64,000 nt of DNA from Neodothiora populina (taxonomy: Eukaryota), in assembly GCF_041146345.1 (NCBI RefSeq), contig NW_027191413.1:1488001-1552000 (forward strand), written 5' to 3'. The notes under the pieces are model-generated. The model was given only the letters and a program-made list of their open reading frames with translations, did not search any database and was not told the DNA's origin. Positions 1 through 11,491 of this stretch are shown piece by piece. Position 1 is the stretch's first letter. The number at the start of each line of letters is the position of its first letter. A program made the position numbers and the translations under genes.

Positions 1-132
1 CTGCTGTTCCTCGACTGCTACGGTGAAAGCCTTTCCGTATCATGAGCCCGTAGTCGAGTGATCTTCCCATTGTTGTTCTTGTGACCTCAACAAAAGCACG
101 GCGTTTCCACAGACAGTGCGCGACCCACCAAT

Positions 133-2899
133 ATGCCTGTGGATAGTCCTTATCGAGACGAGGAGGAGGAGGCCCAGCCATTGACGAGGAATAGCACAGA
201 GGAAGTCAAGAGCCTGGAAGATCAACCACGACTGTCAGAGTCCACAGCATCGACGACGTCCCTGATACTAGAACACATAACCGGGAAAGATAGCGCGCTT
301 CTGGCCAAAGAGGCCCTCTACAATAAACACCAACCCGAGCAATTCGACGTCGAGGAAGGACCGCCATGGCACAGTGCTATTGAGCCGGTAGACACAAGAG
401 CCAGGAAGGCGCTCTGGATTCTCTGTGGTGTGGCGACCTTGGGATGGGTGGCCGCCTTGTTCTTGTTCATCGGCTCGGGATCCCACAAACCACTCTCAAG
501 CAAACCTCACGATCCCCACGCCACACATACAGCAGGTAATGGACACAAAGTGACTCTCGACCAAGTCCTTACTGGACAGTGGTATCCACGCAGCCATGCG
601 ATATCGTGGATAGAAGGAGCTGACGGAGAGGACGGCCTACTCTTACAGCGAGGAGGTGAAGGAGGCAGAGACTATCTTGTTGTTGAGGACGTACGATACA
701 TGCAGGATGTGAACGCGGCAAAGGAGAACAGCAAGACACTCATGAAAGAGGGCGGATTTTATGTTGGTGACAAATATGTGGTGCCCGACGAAACGTGGCC
801 CAGCCCGGATCTCAAGAAAGTGCTCGTCCGCTCCGATTACCAAAAGAACTGGAGACACTCTGGCACAGCTCTATACTGGATCTTCGATGTAGAAACACAA
901 ACCGGACAGGCCGTGGATCCGGATAACGCTGACGGGAGGATGCAGCTCGCATCGTGGGCGCCAACCAGTGATGCAATTGTTTTTACTAGGAACAACAACA
1001 TGTATCTGCGGAAGCTTGCCGACACCGTCGCCCTCCAGGTCACCTTTGATGGCGGCTCCGAGCTCTTCTACGGTATACCTGACTGGGTGTATGAGGAGGA
1101 AGTCTTCTCCGGAAACAGCGCAACTTGGTGGTCCGGTGATGGAAAATATGTCGCTTTCCTACGAACGGACGAATCAAAAGTACCGACTTACCCTGTTCAG
1201 TACTTCTTCTCCAGACCAAGCGGCAAAGAACCCAAACCGGGAGAGGAGAATTATCCGGAAGTGAGACAGATCAAGTATCCCAAAGCCGGCGCGCCTATGT
1301 CTGTCGTCACTTTGCAGTTCTACGATGTTGTCGAGAAGCAGTTGTTCACTGTGCCCATCAAAGGCGACTTTCCAGATGATGACCGACTCATTACGGAAGT
1401 TCTGTGGGCGGGCAGCACTGGCAAAGTTATGATACGTGAGACCAACCGCGAGAGCTATATCATGAAGGTCATTGTGATCGATGCCGCCAAGAGGACAGGC
1501 AAGTCAGTCAGAGAGACTGATATCAATGCCATCGATGGCGGCTGGTTTGAGGTCTCGGAAACTACAGCATACCTTCCGGCGGACCCTGAGAACGGCAGAC
1601 CGCACGAAGGCTACATTGATACTGTCATCCACGAGGGCTACGACCACCTTGCCTACTTCTCACCGCTTGAGGCTGGTGAACCTACGATGCTCACATCGGG
1701 CAAATGGGAGGTCGTGAGAGCGCCTTCCGCCGTCGATCTCAAGAACAATCTTGTTTATTTCATCTCTACCAAAAAGTCCTCGATCGAACGTCATATATAC
1801 AGTGTCAAACTCGATGGATCATCAATGACACCGGTGACTGATGTCAGCAGTACAGCGTACTACTCGGCGTCCTTCTCCAAGAATGCTGGATATGCATTGC
1901 TTTCCTACAAAGGTCCTGGCATTCCGTGGCAGAAAGTCATCAACACTCCAAGTATTGACCAGAAGACCGAGATTGTCCTTGAAAAGAATGAGAAGTTGAA
2001 TGAGCTCGCTACCAAGAGCGAACTGCCCATCGAGATCTACCAGACTGTCAATATCGACGGTTACGAGCTGAATCTTGTGGAGAGACGTCCACCTCACTTT
2101 GACGAGAAGAAGAAGTACCCTGTTCTCTTCTATCTTTACAATGGCCCGGGCTTCCAAGAAGTGGACAGGACATTCGGGGTCAATTTCCAGTCATTCGTAG
2201 CTTCCTCGCTGGGTTACATTGTGGTGACTCTCGATGGTCGTGGCACTGGCTTCCTTGGCCGACCCACCAGAACCATTGTGCGAGGCAACCTCGGCTACTG
2301 GGAGGCGCATGACCAGATCGCAGCCGCAAAGATGTGGGCAGCCAAGTCATATGTTGATGCTAACAGGATAGGTATTTGGGGGTGGAGTTATGGCGGCTTC
2401 ATGACCCTCAAGACACTCGAGCAAGACGCTGGTCAGACATTCAAGTACGGCATGGCTGTCGCGCCAGTCACGGATTGGAGATTCTACGACAGCATCTATA
2501 CCGAGCGCTATATGCACACTCCCCAGAACAACCTCGAGGGATACGAGAATGCGACCGTCAGCAATGTAACGGCACTCGGCCAGAACGTGCGCTTTCTCGT
2601 CATGCACGGCGTGGCAGACGACAATGTGCATATGCAGAACACTCTGAGCCTGCTCGACCGTCTCGACTTGGCGAACGTACAGAACTATGATGTGCACGTC
2701 TTTCCAGATTCAGACCACAGCATTTATTTCCACAATGCAAACAGGGTGGTCTACGAAAGTAAGATTGAAAAATCTTAGGATATCGAAATTGACAATTCAT
2801 TAACGATGATTTTCAGAACTCACTTCCTGGCTTGTCAACGCATTTAATGGAGAATGGTTGAAGACTGATCACCCACAGCCTCTTGCGCAGGTTGATTAG
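133..2899 (+). CDS. dapB: Dipeptidyl aminopeptidase B (S9B, DPP-IV family), type II membrane protein
   Basis: N-terminal TM helix, DPP-IV propeller motifs (DWVYEEE), catalytic GWSYGG, DDNVH and DSDH. Intron 2759-2816 (GTAAGA..TTTCAG) restores the C-terminus [14 protein letters not shown]...VD*, stop at 2897-2899. Confidence 0.95.
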
Positions 2900-3419
2900 A
2901 TGATCTGATTATACTACCGGCGTTATGGGAAATTCAAGATTACAGCAGGAGTTCTTGGGATTGGGATCTTACGTGGTTGTCATGAGTCGCGATAGATATT
3001 GTATAGCACGTATGAAGAAGATTGTTCACAATGTAGTCTGTTGAGAGCACCAAATGAGCAAATGCTTCTATGATTAAACAACGCGACAATTAAATCGATC
3101 AGCCAGCAGCTGCGCATGGGGTCAGGTCATTCCACCGCTTATCGCGATAACGACGTACTTTCCAGTATACAAAGTGACCCTGACTTCACCTTCCAATTGT
3201 CGACGGCACTTGGGACCAGTGATTGAATATCCGTCCCTGTCAATCTGCATAACCATTGACTAGAAACACCAGACTCTCATTTTCCATACAACATAGCTGG
3301 ACAATTGATAACCGCCTAGCCTCTTCTAGCATTGTGTAGGTCCTGATGCTGTAAAAGGTATGCGCCAGGGAACATCCCTACAAGGAATTCGTTGAGAACA
3401 AATCTGCCGTATCGCGACC

Positions 3420-5660
3420 ATGGCAGCATACGAGAAAGTCGGAATCCATCGTCCACCGCCATCTGATTCTTCCGTTGATTCGGATAGAGAATTCGAGCTC
3501 GATGTGCGGCGCACCTCGACAGAAGTCCGACGCCAAGATCAAGAGATCCTGGAGGACGAGGAGGAAGTAGAAAAGCTATTGACCGGCCAACAAGATGAGC
3601 CTATAGGCTTCATAAGGATGTTGGGGCGAAAGAACAGGTCTGAGTCCGAGGCGGATAAGAGGAGACAACGCCAAGAGAGAAATCTCAGGCGTGAGATGAA
3701 ACGCGATGCTCGCCGATCGAAGAGACAACACGGACGAACAGGCAGCAAAGAAGAGGAGAGCGAGTTAATGTACGAAATGGAGGAAGGCCACAAGGACAGT
3801 TCGGATTCTGCCTCCTCGGGAAATTCGTCCGAAGTGGACAGAATGAACCTGGGCGGCGTCCGTCTTCCCAAGACTCCCCGTAAGCTACGATTCGGCAGAA
3901 TCGCTGGCATAAACATTATAATACTTGTCGCTTTTACCGGAGTACTCTTCGGCGCATACAAGGCCTCGTCTCGGAAGTCACATACGCGGCACGTTTTGCA
4001 GACGCTATCGAACGGCACCTCGATGTTTGCACCAACTACAATATACATATCTCTGGACGGATTTAGGGCCGATTTTCTACAACGGAACATCACTCCCTCC
4101 TTGAATAAATTCATCCAGGATGGCGTCTCACCAAAATACATGCTGCCCAGCTTTCCCAGTGTTACTTTCCCAAACCACTTCACTCTCGTCACTGGCCTGT
4201 ACCCAGAAGCCCACGGAGTAGTGGGCAACACCTTCTGGGATCCTACTCTGCAAGCCGAGTTCTATTATACAGACCCCGCGCGTAGTATGCAGCCAAAGTG
4301 GTGGCAAGGGGAACCCCTCTGGGTCACTGCCGAGCACCAAGGCGTGCGGTCAGCTATCCACATGTGGCCAGGGTCTGAAGCCCATATCGGTAATATCGAG
4401 CCTGCGTACGTGGACAACTACAACGGGAAGGAACTGCTCTCGAACAAAGTCGACCGGATACTTGGCCTGCTCGATCTACCAGGTTCTGGTGAGGTGGGTG
4501 CCACCGCGGACTCCCCTAGGCCCCAGCTCATTGCAGCCTATGTGCCGAATGTAGACCAGCATGGTCATCTCTATGGTCCCAACAGTACCGAAATCAGAGC
4601 AGATATCAAGAGTGTTGATACGATGCTCGGCGATCTGTTCGAAGGCCTTGCGAAGCGCAACTTGACCGACATTGTCAATATAGTCGTAGTCTCGGATCAC
4701 GGCATGGCTTCAACGGACACAACACGATTGATCCAGCTCGATGATATCATTGACATGGATTTGATCGAGCATACAGATGGCTGGCCACTGTACGGGTTGC
4801 GTCCGAAGAATGAGACCGACTTAGTGCCTCTTTATTACCATCTGAAGGCTGAAGCTGGACTCTCAGATAACTTTGAGGTCTATCTACGTGATCATGATAT
4901 GCCCGAGCGCTACCACTTCTCCAAGAACGAGCGCATCGCACCTTTGTGGATGATTCCGAAGACCGGCTGGGCTATCACTACGAAGCAAGAGTTCGATGTC
5001 GAAGAAGGCCTCAAGAGTGGTCGAGTATACCATCCTCGTGGTCTACATGGCTACGACCACGAGCACCCGCTCATGCGAGCAATATTCATCGCTAGAGGAC
5101 CAGCATTCCCGCATACACCAGGGAGCGAACTCGATGTATTTCAGAACATCGAGGTATACAACATCGTCTGCGACTCTCTGGGCATAGACCCAAAGCCAAA
5201 CAACGGTACCTTACGTCTGCCACTCAAGCCTGTTGGCTTGCACCGCGAAGGACCGACTGTAGACGTCCCAGACGACCCACCAGTCATGTCCGACGCTCCC
5301 ACAACACCTGATTCGTCTACGTTGCCGACCGCAACTGTTTCACTTACGACACCCTCCCTATCCGAAGCACTCGATAACACAGAACAGTCTACCCCATCTC
5401 AAGCTCTACAGGCCACAGAAGCCCCCAATGATACCGAAGAGTCTGCTCCATCTGAAAGCATGGATACAGAAGACGTTCCCGATCTTGCGACACCCACTCG
5501 TCCTGTAGTCAACGATGGTGGTGACGTAGAGTCGAGCGACAGGAACTTTAACCACTGGTGGGATTGGGTCAAGGGCAAGCTTGACGGAGCCAAGGACTGG
5601 GCTACTGGCTTGCTTGACAAGACCAACAAGGACACCTCTGAAACACCCAACACAAGCTAG
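3420..5660 (+). CDS. NPP1: Ectonucleotide pyrophosphatase/phosphodiesterase (type I phosphodiesterase family)
   Basis: Single 746-aa ORF with a TM segment, then ISLDGFR, PSVTFPNH (catalytic Thr), DQHGH, VSDHGM and GLHGYD metal-ligand motifs. Confidence 0.92.
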   Translation: MAAYEKVGIHRPPPSDSSVDSDREFELDVRRTSTEVRRQDQEILEDEEEVEKLLTGQQDEPIGFIRMLGRKNRSESEADKRRQRQERNLRREMKRDARRSKRQHGRTGSKEEESELMYEMEEGHKDSSDSASSGNSSEVDRMNLGGVRLPKTPRKLRFGRIAGINIIILVAFTGVLFGAYKASSRKSHTRHVLQTLSNGTSMFAPTTIYISLDGFRADFLQRNITPSLNKFIQDGVSPKYMLPSFPSVTFPNHFTLVTGLYPEAHGVVGNTFWDPTLQAEFYYTDPARSMQPKWWQGEPLWVTAEHQGVRSAIHMWPGSEAHIGNIEPAYVDNYNGKELLSNKVDRILGLLDLPGSGEVGATADSPRPQLIAAYVPNVDQHGHLYGPNSTEIRADIKSVDTMLGDLFEGLAKRNLTDIVNIVVVSDHGMASTDTTRLIQLDDIIDMDLIEHTDGWPLYGLRPKNETDLVPLYYHLKAEAGLSDNFEVYLRDHDMPERYHFSKNERIAPLWMIPKTGWAITTKQEFDVEEGLKSGRVYHPRGLHGYDHEHPLMRAIFIARGPAFPHTPGSELDVFQNIEVYNIVCDSLGIDPKPNNGTLRLPLKPVGLHREGPTVDVPDDPPVMSDAPTTPDSSTLPTATVSLTTPSLSEALDNTEQSTPSQALQATEAPNDTEESAPSESMDTEDVPDLATPTRPVVNDGGDVESSDRNFNHWWDWVKGKLDGAKDWATGLLDKTNKDTSETPNTS

Positions 5661-6540
5661 TAGGATATTCGCATGTCTACGCCTGACGACAATCGCGTCT
5701 AGCATATGCCCACGATACGCAGTCAGAGCGTTCAACCAGTGGAAGACGGGCGAGAACACGTTTCCTTCATTTTCATTAATTACATTGTGCTCTAGAAGAG
5801 CGGCGTTTGAACATTGTTCTGGTCTGAGGCTCCGGCTGGCGTTTTTTGTTGTAGAGATGCCAGGAACAAAGGGCCCGATACAGGCCTGTCGTGCTTGGTT
5901 CACCTCATAATGCGCGGCGTTTGCAAAGGATGCCAAACTTCGGATACCATAATACATACTAATGATGACAACCTGTTGTATTAGCATCGACATCCATTCG
6001 TGTCTACGGGACAGCCACATCACTTCCTCGTTCTGCTGATGGAGGACTCTGCTGTCGAAGCGAGGATTGCCATCTCTTCGTCCTTCCGGTCCTTTACCCT
6101 GAGCCACTTTATGAAGCCCTACAGTCATGAGTGAGTACGCGGATCGTACATCAGCGTCATGATGGCTTCATCATTCCAAATTATTGCCAACGTCGGTCTC
6201 TGTAAGTTGGACCCGGTTCACCCACTTGTCCTAGGTAAGTGTTCGTGTTTTGTACTGGGCTGTCCTAAGAGACCAGTATAATACTTCCTCCTCTTCTCTC
6301 CTTTCTCCTCTCTTGCATAGCATTCTCTATCAAGCATCATCAAAACCTTTACCAAAAACCTCACAAACCACACAACCTTCATCATAAGACCAAAACAAAC
6401 CCACAATACCAAATTGCACAAGCAATACAAACACAAAATCTTTCATCGCGTTAGCGACACAAAGACGACCACTTCATCCGAAGAAGAAACCACATTACAA
6501 CATCATATCATCAACAGACAAAAGTCTGCAACATCAAAAG

Positions 6541-7974
6541 ATGGACTCCCAACTCTCAGTTGGTCTCGAGTTCGAGATGAAATCTGCCTTTACTGCGGCG
6601 GAACTCATCGAAGCCAACCCAGAACTTGATCGCCTCGAGATCATCAAAGATCATGTTCCAGTCATTGGAAGGCGTGCTGCCAGAGGCCAGTACAGCCACA
6701 AAGAGTACAAGAGCTGGGGGCTTCACGATCCTTCTGAGCCCGCCTACCCCGAGGGGAGCCAGCTACAAGAAATCAAGAGACCAGATACAATCTGCAGTTT
6801 CCGACAATACCACGACGAGCCGCTCAGGCTCATTCAGCAAATACTCGACAAGGATGGCATCAAGGCTACCGTCCACGCTGACTTGACAAGCAAGCAGATG
6901 GACTACTCGGTAGTCCCGTGGTCTGTGCAACGTGATGCGAGTCTCCAAGGCCTTACCGACGAGCAAAAGATCACGGCATACCCCCAAACCACCAAAACCA
7001 TCGAAGAGGCTAAAGAAACCGACTGCTACGGAGTCGAACTTGTCACGTGGCCATTGACCAGTGCAAGTTTGGCTCGTGAAAGCATCTCCCAAGCAGCCAA
7101 AGCTCTTCTCACACACTCCCAGCACGGATTCATCGTGGATGATGAGGCAGGCCTACACGCGCACGTGGGGCAGATTGACGGCGAGCCTTTGGAGCTTCGC
7201 GTGCTGCAGAATTTTGCATTTCTCATCGTCATCTTCGAAGATGAGCTCTCCCTGCTTCACTCTCACAAGCGCAGAAGAGGCAGCGACAACACAGAGATCG
7301 AGAGCAACAGGGTCGAGTTCTCCGCGGAGGGAGCCCCGGAGGTGGCGCGTCTGGTGCCTGACGTCACAGACGCGACCAAGATGATCTCCAGCATGTTCTA
7401 CCAGAACTACATGTCAATCGCGGAGATCAAAGAGAAGATGTACGGAGAGGTGGACAGGGCGAGGAATCCCCGGGACAGATTCCGTCAACTCACTGGCGGG
7501 AAACAGCACGCGGTCAATTTCTCATACTGTTCTCGCACCGAGGGAGGAGCCACGGTGGAGTTCCGTCAGCACGACGGCACGATGGATGGAGAGACAGTGG
7601 AGCACTGGTATCGTCACTGTCATGCATTGGTCACACTCGCGCAGCGCCATGCCCGGGAACAGACAACGATAATGGAGGCTCTCAACATTACGGATTGGGA
7701 CTCGAAGAACATCGACATGGAGAAGCTTTGGGATGAGATGGCGCTTCCTGACAATAGCAGGGGCTTCTACCGCGCTCGCATCGCAGCCTACAAGGCATTG
7801 GACCCCTGTTGGGCGCCGTTTCCTCCTGTGTTCGAGGCAGTGGGAGATCTCGAGGGGGACGAATTTGTGGAGGAAGAGGAGAAAGACTACGACTCGGAGG
7901 CGGACAGTGCATACTTCACCAGCAGTGAAGCCGGATTTGGAGATATTGGTTCGACCCGATCCATCAATACCTGA
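6541..7974 (+). CDS. Putative amidoligase (Amidoligase_2, COOH-NH2 ligase fold)
   Basis: Intronless 477-aa ORF with ordered motifs VGLEFE, WSVQRDASL, GVELVT, GLHAHVG, AVNF and TVEFRQHDGT, plus an acidic tail. Confidence 0.78.
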   Translation: MDSQLSVGLEFEMKSAFTAAELIEANPELDRLEIIKDHVPVIGRRAARGQYSHKEYKSWGLHDPSEPAYPEGSQLQEIKRPDTICSFRQYHDEPLRLIQQILDKDGIKATVHADLTSKQMDYSVVPWSVQRDASLQGLTDEQKITAYPQTTKTIEEAKETDCYGVELVTWPLTSASLARESISQAAKALLTHSQHGFIVDDEAGLHAHVGQIDGEPLELRVLQNFAFLIVIFEDELSLLHSHKRRRGSDNTEIESNRVEFSAEGAPEVARLVPDVTDATKMISSMFYQNYMSIAEIKEKMYGEVDRARNPRDRFRQLTGGKQHAVNFSYCSRTEGGATVEFRQHDGTMDGETVEHWYRHCHALVTLAQRHAREQTTIMEALNITDWDSKNIDMEKLWDEMALPDNSRGFYRARIAAYKALDPCWAPFPPVFEAVGDLEGDEFVEEEEKDYDSEADSAYFTSSEAGFGDIGSTRSINT

Positions 7975-8688
7975 GGGCGACCATGTCACATCTACAGCAA
8001 ACTTCTTGGAAACTTCATCACGCAAGCTCTATCATCTACTGCATCTTGACCGCAGATGATTTTACTAAGGATGGGATAATGGGAGGCAAGAGAAAAGGCG
8101 TTCTACGGAGATGGATTAGATAATAGCACTCTGGCTAGGCGGTTGTTACTCTTTTCCTTGATTAGCCACAAGTCAAAGGTTTTTAACGAGAACAACATGG
8201 AAAGACCATGTCGGGCCGCCAGGACAACAATAATGACTCGCCAAGGTGCGATGGAGGACGCAGTAATGCGACAAGGACAAATAACGACTTCATGCACAAG
8301 GTTGCATTTCTTTCCACGATGATCATCGCCTCAAATGTGTTCTTCAAGAGTGCTACTTGTACGACAGTCGGTTGTCAGCACAAGGGACTAGCGACTGCCA
8401 AGAGAGCGATCCTCCGGAGATGCAGGACGGGCAGGGACGTCATACAGTAACGTTTCAAATAGGTAACTGCCTTTACTTTAATACTTGACCCATATATGCA
8501 TCACATGTGAATCCAGTTGCCCTACCAATAAATATCATATCATGTGCATACGGAAATACGATATCGTATGAAACCATCCATCCTACCTAGCTTAATCACA
8601 TTGTTTCCTAGATAGCAACATCGTCTGCTATTGTTTGTAATCGCCTACCCTCCTATCCATCGCCTGCTCCTCCTATCAACATTCCAAG

Positions 8689-10784
8689 ATGGTCTTCAAT
8701 CCTGCGGGACCGATCTCGTTCACCAAGACGACGCTATCCTACCCAGTATACACAGCCGACTTCGACCCATACAACCGTGGATATCTAGTGGTCGCAGGAG
8801 GCGGTGGTGAAGGACGCAGCGGTGTCGGCAACAAGATTGTACGCATCGTCTTTACTATAGAACTCGATGAGGCGCTGACAGCAACCCACAGACCGTCCTA
8901 GACTCTGCGCGACGAGGAATCCTCGACACAGTGACCGAGATCGAACTATCGCGCGACGAAGACTCGGTCACCAGCATCGCCAATCTTGCGTCCAAAGATG
9001 GACTGATCACTCTCGCGGGCATCAACTCGTCACTCGAGGAGCAGAAAGCCGGCAAGAACGAGCACCTTCGCACCTTCCAGATCACTTTCCCAAAGCGGCA
9101 GCGAGTAGGAGAGAAGAGCAAAGATGCAGAGAAATCAGCCATGTCGACGTCAGACGGCGGCAGCATTGATTTCGCAGGCAAGACTGGCCTCTTCACTCCG
9201 GCGACCGGACCCAAGCCCGAGACTTACCAGCGTCTTCTGCGTCTCTCGCCACCCATCAAGCGCGAGAGCGGAAACAGGAGAATAGGTGCTTGCGCCACTG
9301 GTCTGGCCAAGCGATCTGAGATTGTCATCTTCGATGCCACACGCACTCCACCCAAGCCCTCGGAGATTATTTCCAAAATTGCCATCCGCGACAACACCGA
9401 GGCTGCGGATCTCGACATCAGTGAGAACATTTACGAGAACACCTTCAGCGTCGCCTGGTGTACCGACTATGATGTCTACGAGCAGACGATCGCCTACAAC
9501 TTCACAAGTGGAAAGGCCGAATTCACGCCCCCGAGCCCGCGCAGAGTGCATTCCGTACCGCTGCGAGAAGACGCGACGAAACCCCCACGTGCCAAATATC
9601 GTAGCATCCGCTGGCTGACGGAAGAGGATCTCTTGGTGGTGACTAACAAGCCCAACAAGACCGGCGCCGAGCTCCACATACTGCATCTTTACCCGTCTGG
9701 ACCTGCCATGATTCTTTTCCACAAGATTCTGCCTTCCCACGTCAAACAAGCCGTTGCTCTCGACGTCTGTGCTCTCGATGCCGATAAGAAGGGCAATCGT
9801 CAATTCGTCGTCGCTGTCGCCGGCCAAGACATCAGCATCTGCGTCTACACCATTGACTTCAACGCCATAACACGCACTTTCTCCTCTTTCCGCAAATTCA
9901 CCACTCTGAGAGACGTCCACCCTCTGCAGATGACCACCCTTACTTTCTCTACTTTCCACTCTCCCGTTCGCACGCCCATTTCCCGTTCCGACGAAGTCAA
10001 GAACGGCGAGCGAAAGTCCACTTCTCCCGTCCCTGCACACCCGGGACCGCAATACATCAAACTCTGCAGCGCAAGCATGGGCAACACGGTGGTAGTAGAG
10101 ACGATGGCTTTGACACCGCTGGAGCCGGAGAAGCGTGACTCACGTTACGTTCTGTCCCATCCATCGGACGCCAAGTTCCGCCGCAACGCCTTCATAATCG
10201 TCATCTCTTTCATCGTGCTCGTCTCCTCCATCCTCCTACAAAGCCTTTTCTTCCCCGACACGACACCCATCACTTCTCTCCTCCCCATCCCAGACTCCGT
10301 CCGCAGCCTCCTCAGCCACCCGGCCTCAGTCTCCGATGGCTTCGGCCGCAGCGGCCGCGAGAAGATCGCAGTACTAGCCGGCAGCGCCAGCAGCGCCGCA
10401 TCCTCGGCGTCGGCATCCGCGTCCTCAGCAAGCGACTACGCGGGCCAGAAAATCAGCGACCTCCTGCACCTCCACTTCTCGTCGTCATCATCATCGTCAT
10501 CACCAGACTCCCAGACCAAAGCCCTCGTGGTGCGCGACGGCATGACAGATTCATCCGTAAGTCTGGACGTCATCTCCGACCGCCAGGAATTTCTGCGCCG
10601 GGACACGCAGGCCCGCGAGTGGTCGCAGCTCGCCGAGCACGAGAAGCAGGCGTGGAAGCAGCGCTTGGTCGCCGCGGGACACTGGAGCGTCGAGGAGGGC
10701 GAGAGGGTCCTCAAGGGGATTTTGTTCTCTAGTTGGGCCGGCATGGTCGGCCAGGTCGCTGGGGAGGCTATCAGGGAACTTTAG
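8689..10784 (+). CDS. SEC12: Sec12-like Sar1 guanine nucleotide exchange factor
   Basis: Exon 1 has YPVYTADF and the K-loop AGGGGEGRSGVGNKI. Intron 8839-8891 (GTACGC..CACAG) joins it in frame to the 617-aa ORF (WD-like repeats, one TM helix, luminal tail). Confidence 0.88.
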
Positions 10785-11491
10785 GATGGTTGAATTGTGC
10801 ACCCCACCTTTGCTTTTGTGGCTCGCCTTTGTGTACAGGGAGGGAGACTTGTGGAGGGGTCTGTTTGATTATGCCTAGTTGATGCGGAACAGTATGAATA
10901 AGCATTGTATGGATAATCGCTTCTTCCTGAGGAAAGAACAGAAAATTGGAAAAAACCGAGACGGAAAGATGGCTATCCCTGTGTATATGTATGTATGCCT
11001 CGGGGCTGGAGCGCTCTCACGAAACTGCCGACTTACTTCACCTTGTTTCACTTCACTTCTGCCCCTTTCACTTCATCATCACATGAAGAGAACATTGATT
11101 TCACAAAATCGAGAAGAAGGGAAAAAAACGCAGGACGGAGAATAAAAGATCAGAATCATTAAATCACCACCTCGATTCTCTCAAAGAACCCCCCTGGTCT
11201 GCGCTGCCATCAGATGTAATGTATATGTATTATTAAGAGGTTCTTGTAAAAACCGCCATATAATTGGTGTGGTCTTTTTTCCCTTGTCGGTCATACATGA
11301 TAGCATGACTTTTTTATCTTTCTCCGTTCAGTCAAAAACCCCTGAGTTTCCTCTTTGCTCTCATAACGAGCCATCCAAAAAAACATCCAGAATAAGGGGG
11401 CGTCTATCAAAAACCTTTATTGTTTGGCTTTTCTTCACTCCCAACTTCCCGTCATGAAAAAACAAAGAATAAAAGCAAAAACAAACATCTT

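Noticed and set aside
5406..6128. 240-aa minus-strand ORF overlapping the NPP1 3' end
   Set aside because: Partly an antisense shadow of NPP1, with no recognisable motif and unprotein-like composition.
9150..10052. Long antisense ORFs (also 3539-4231, 11706-12428, 50861-51739, 54146-54793)
   Set aside because: They lie opposite well-supported genes and are explained by codon bias in GC-rich coding DNA.
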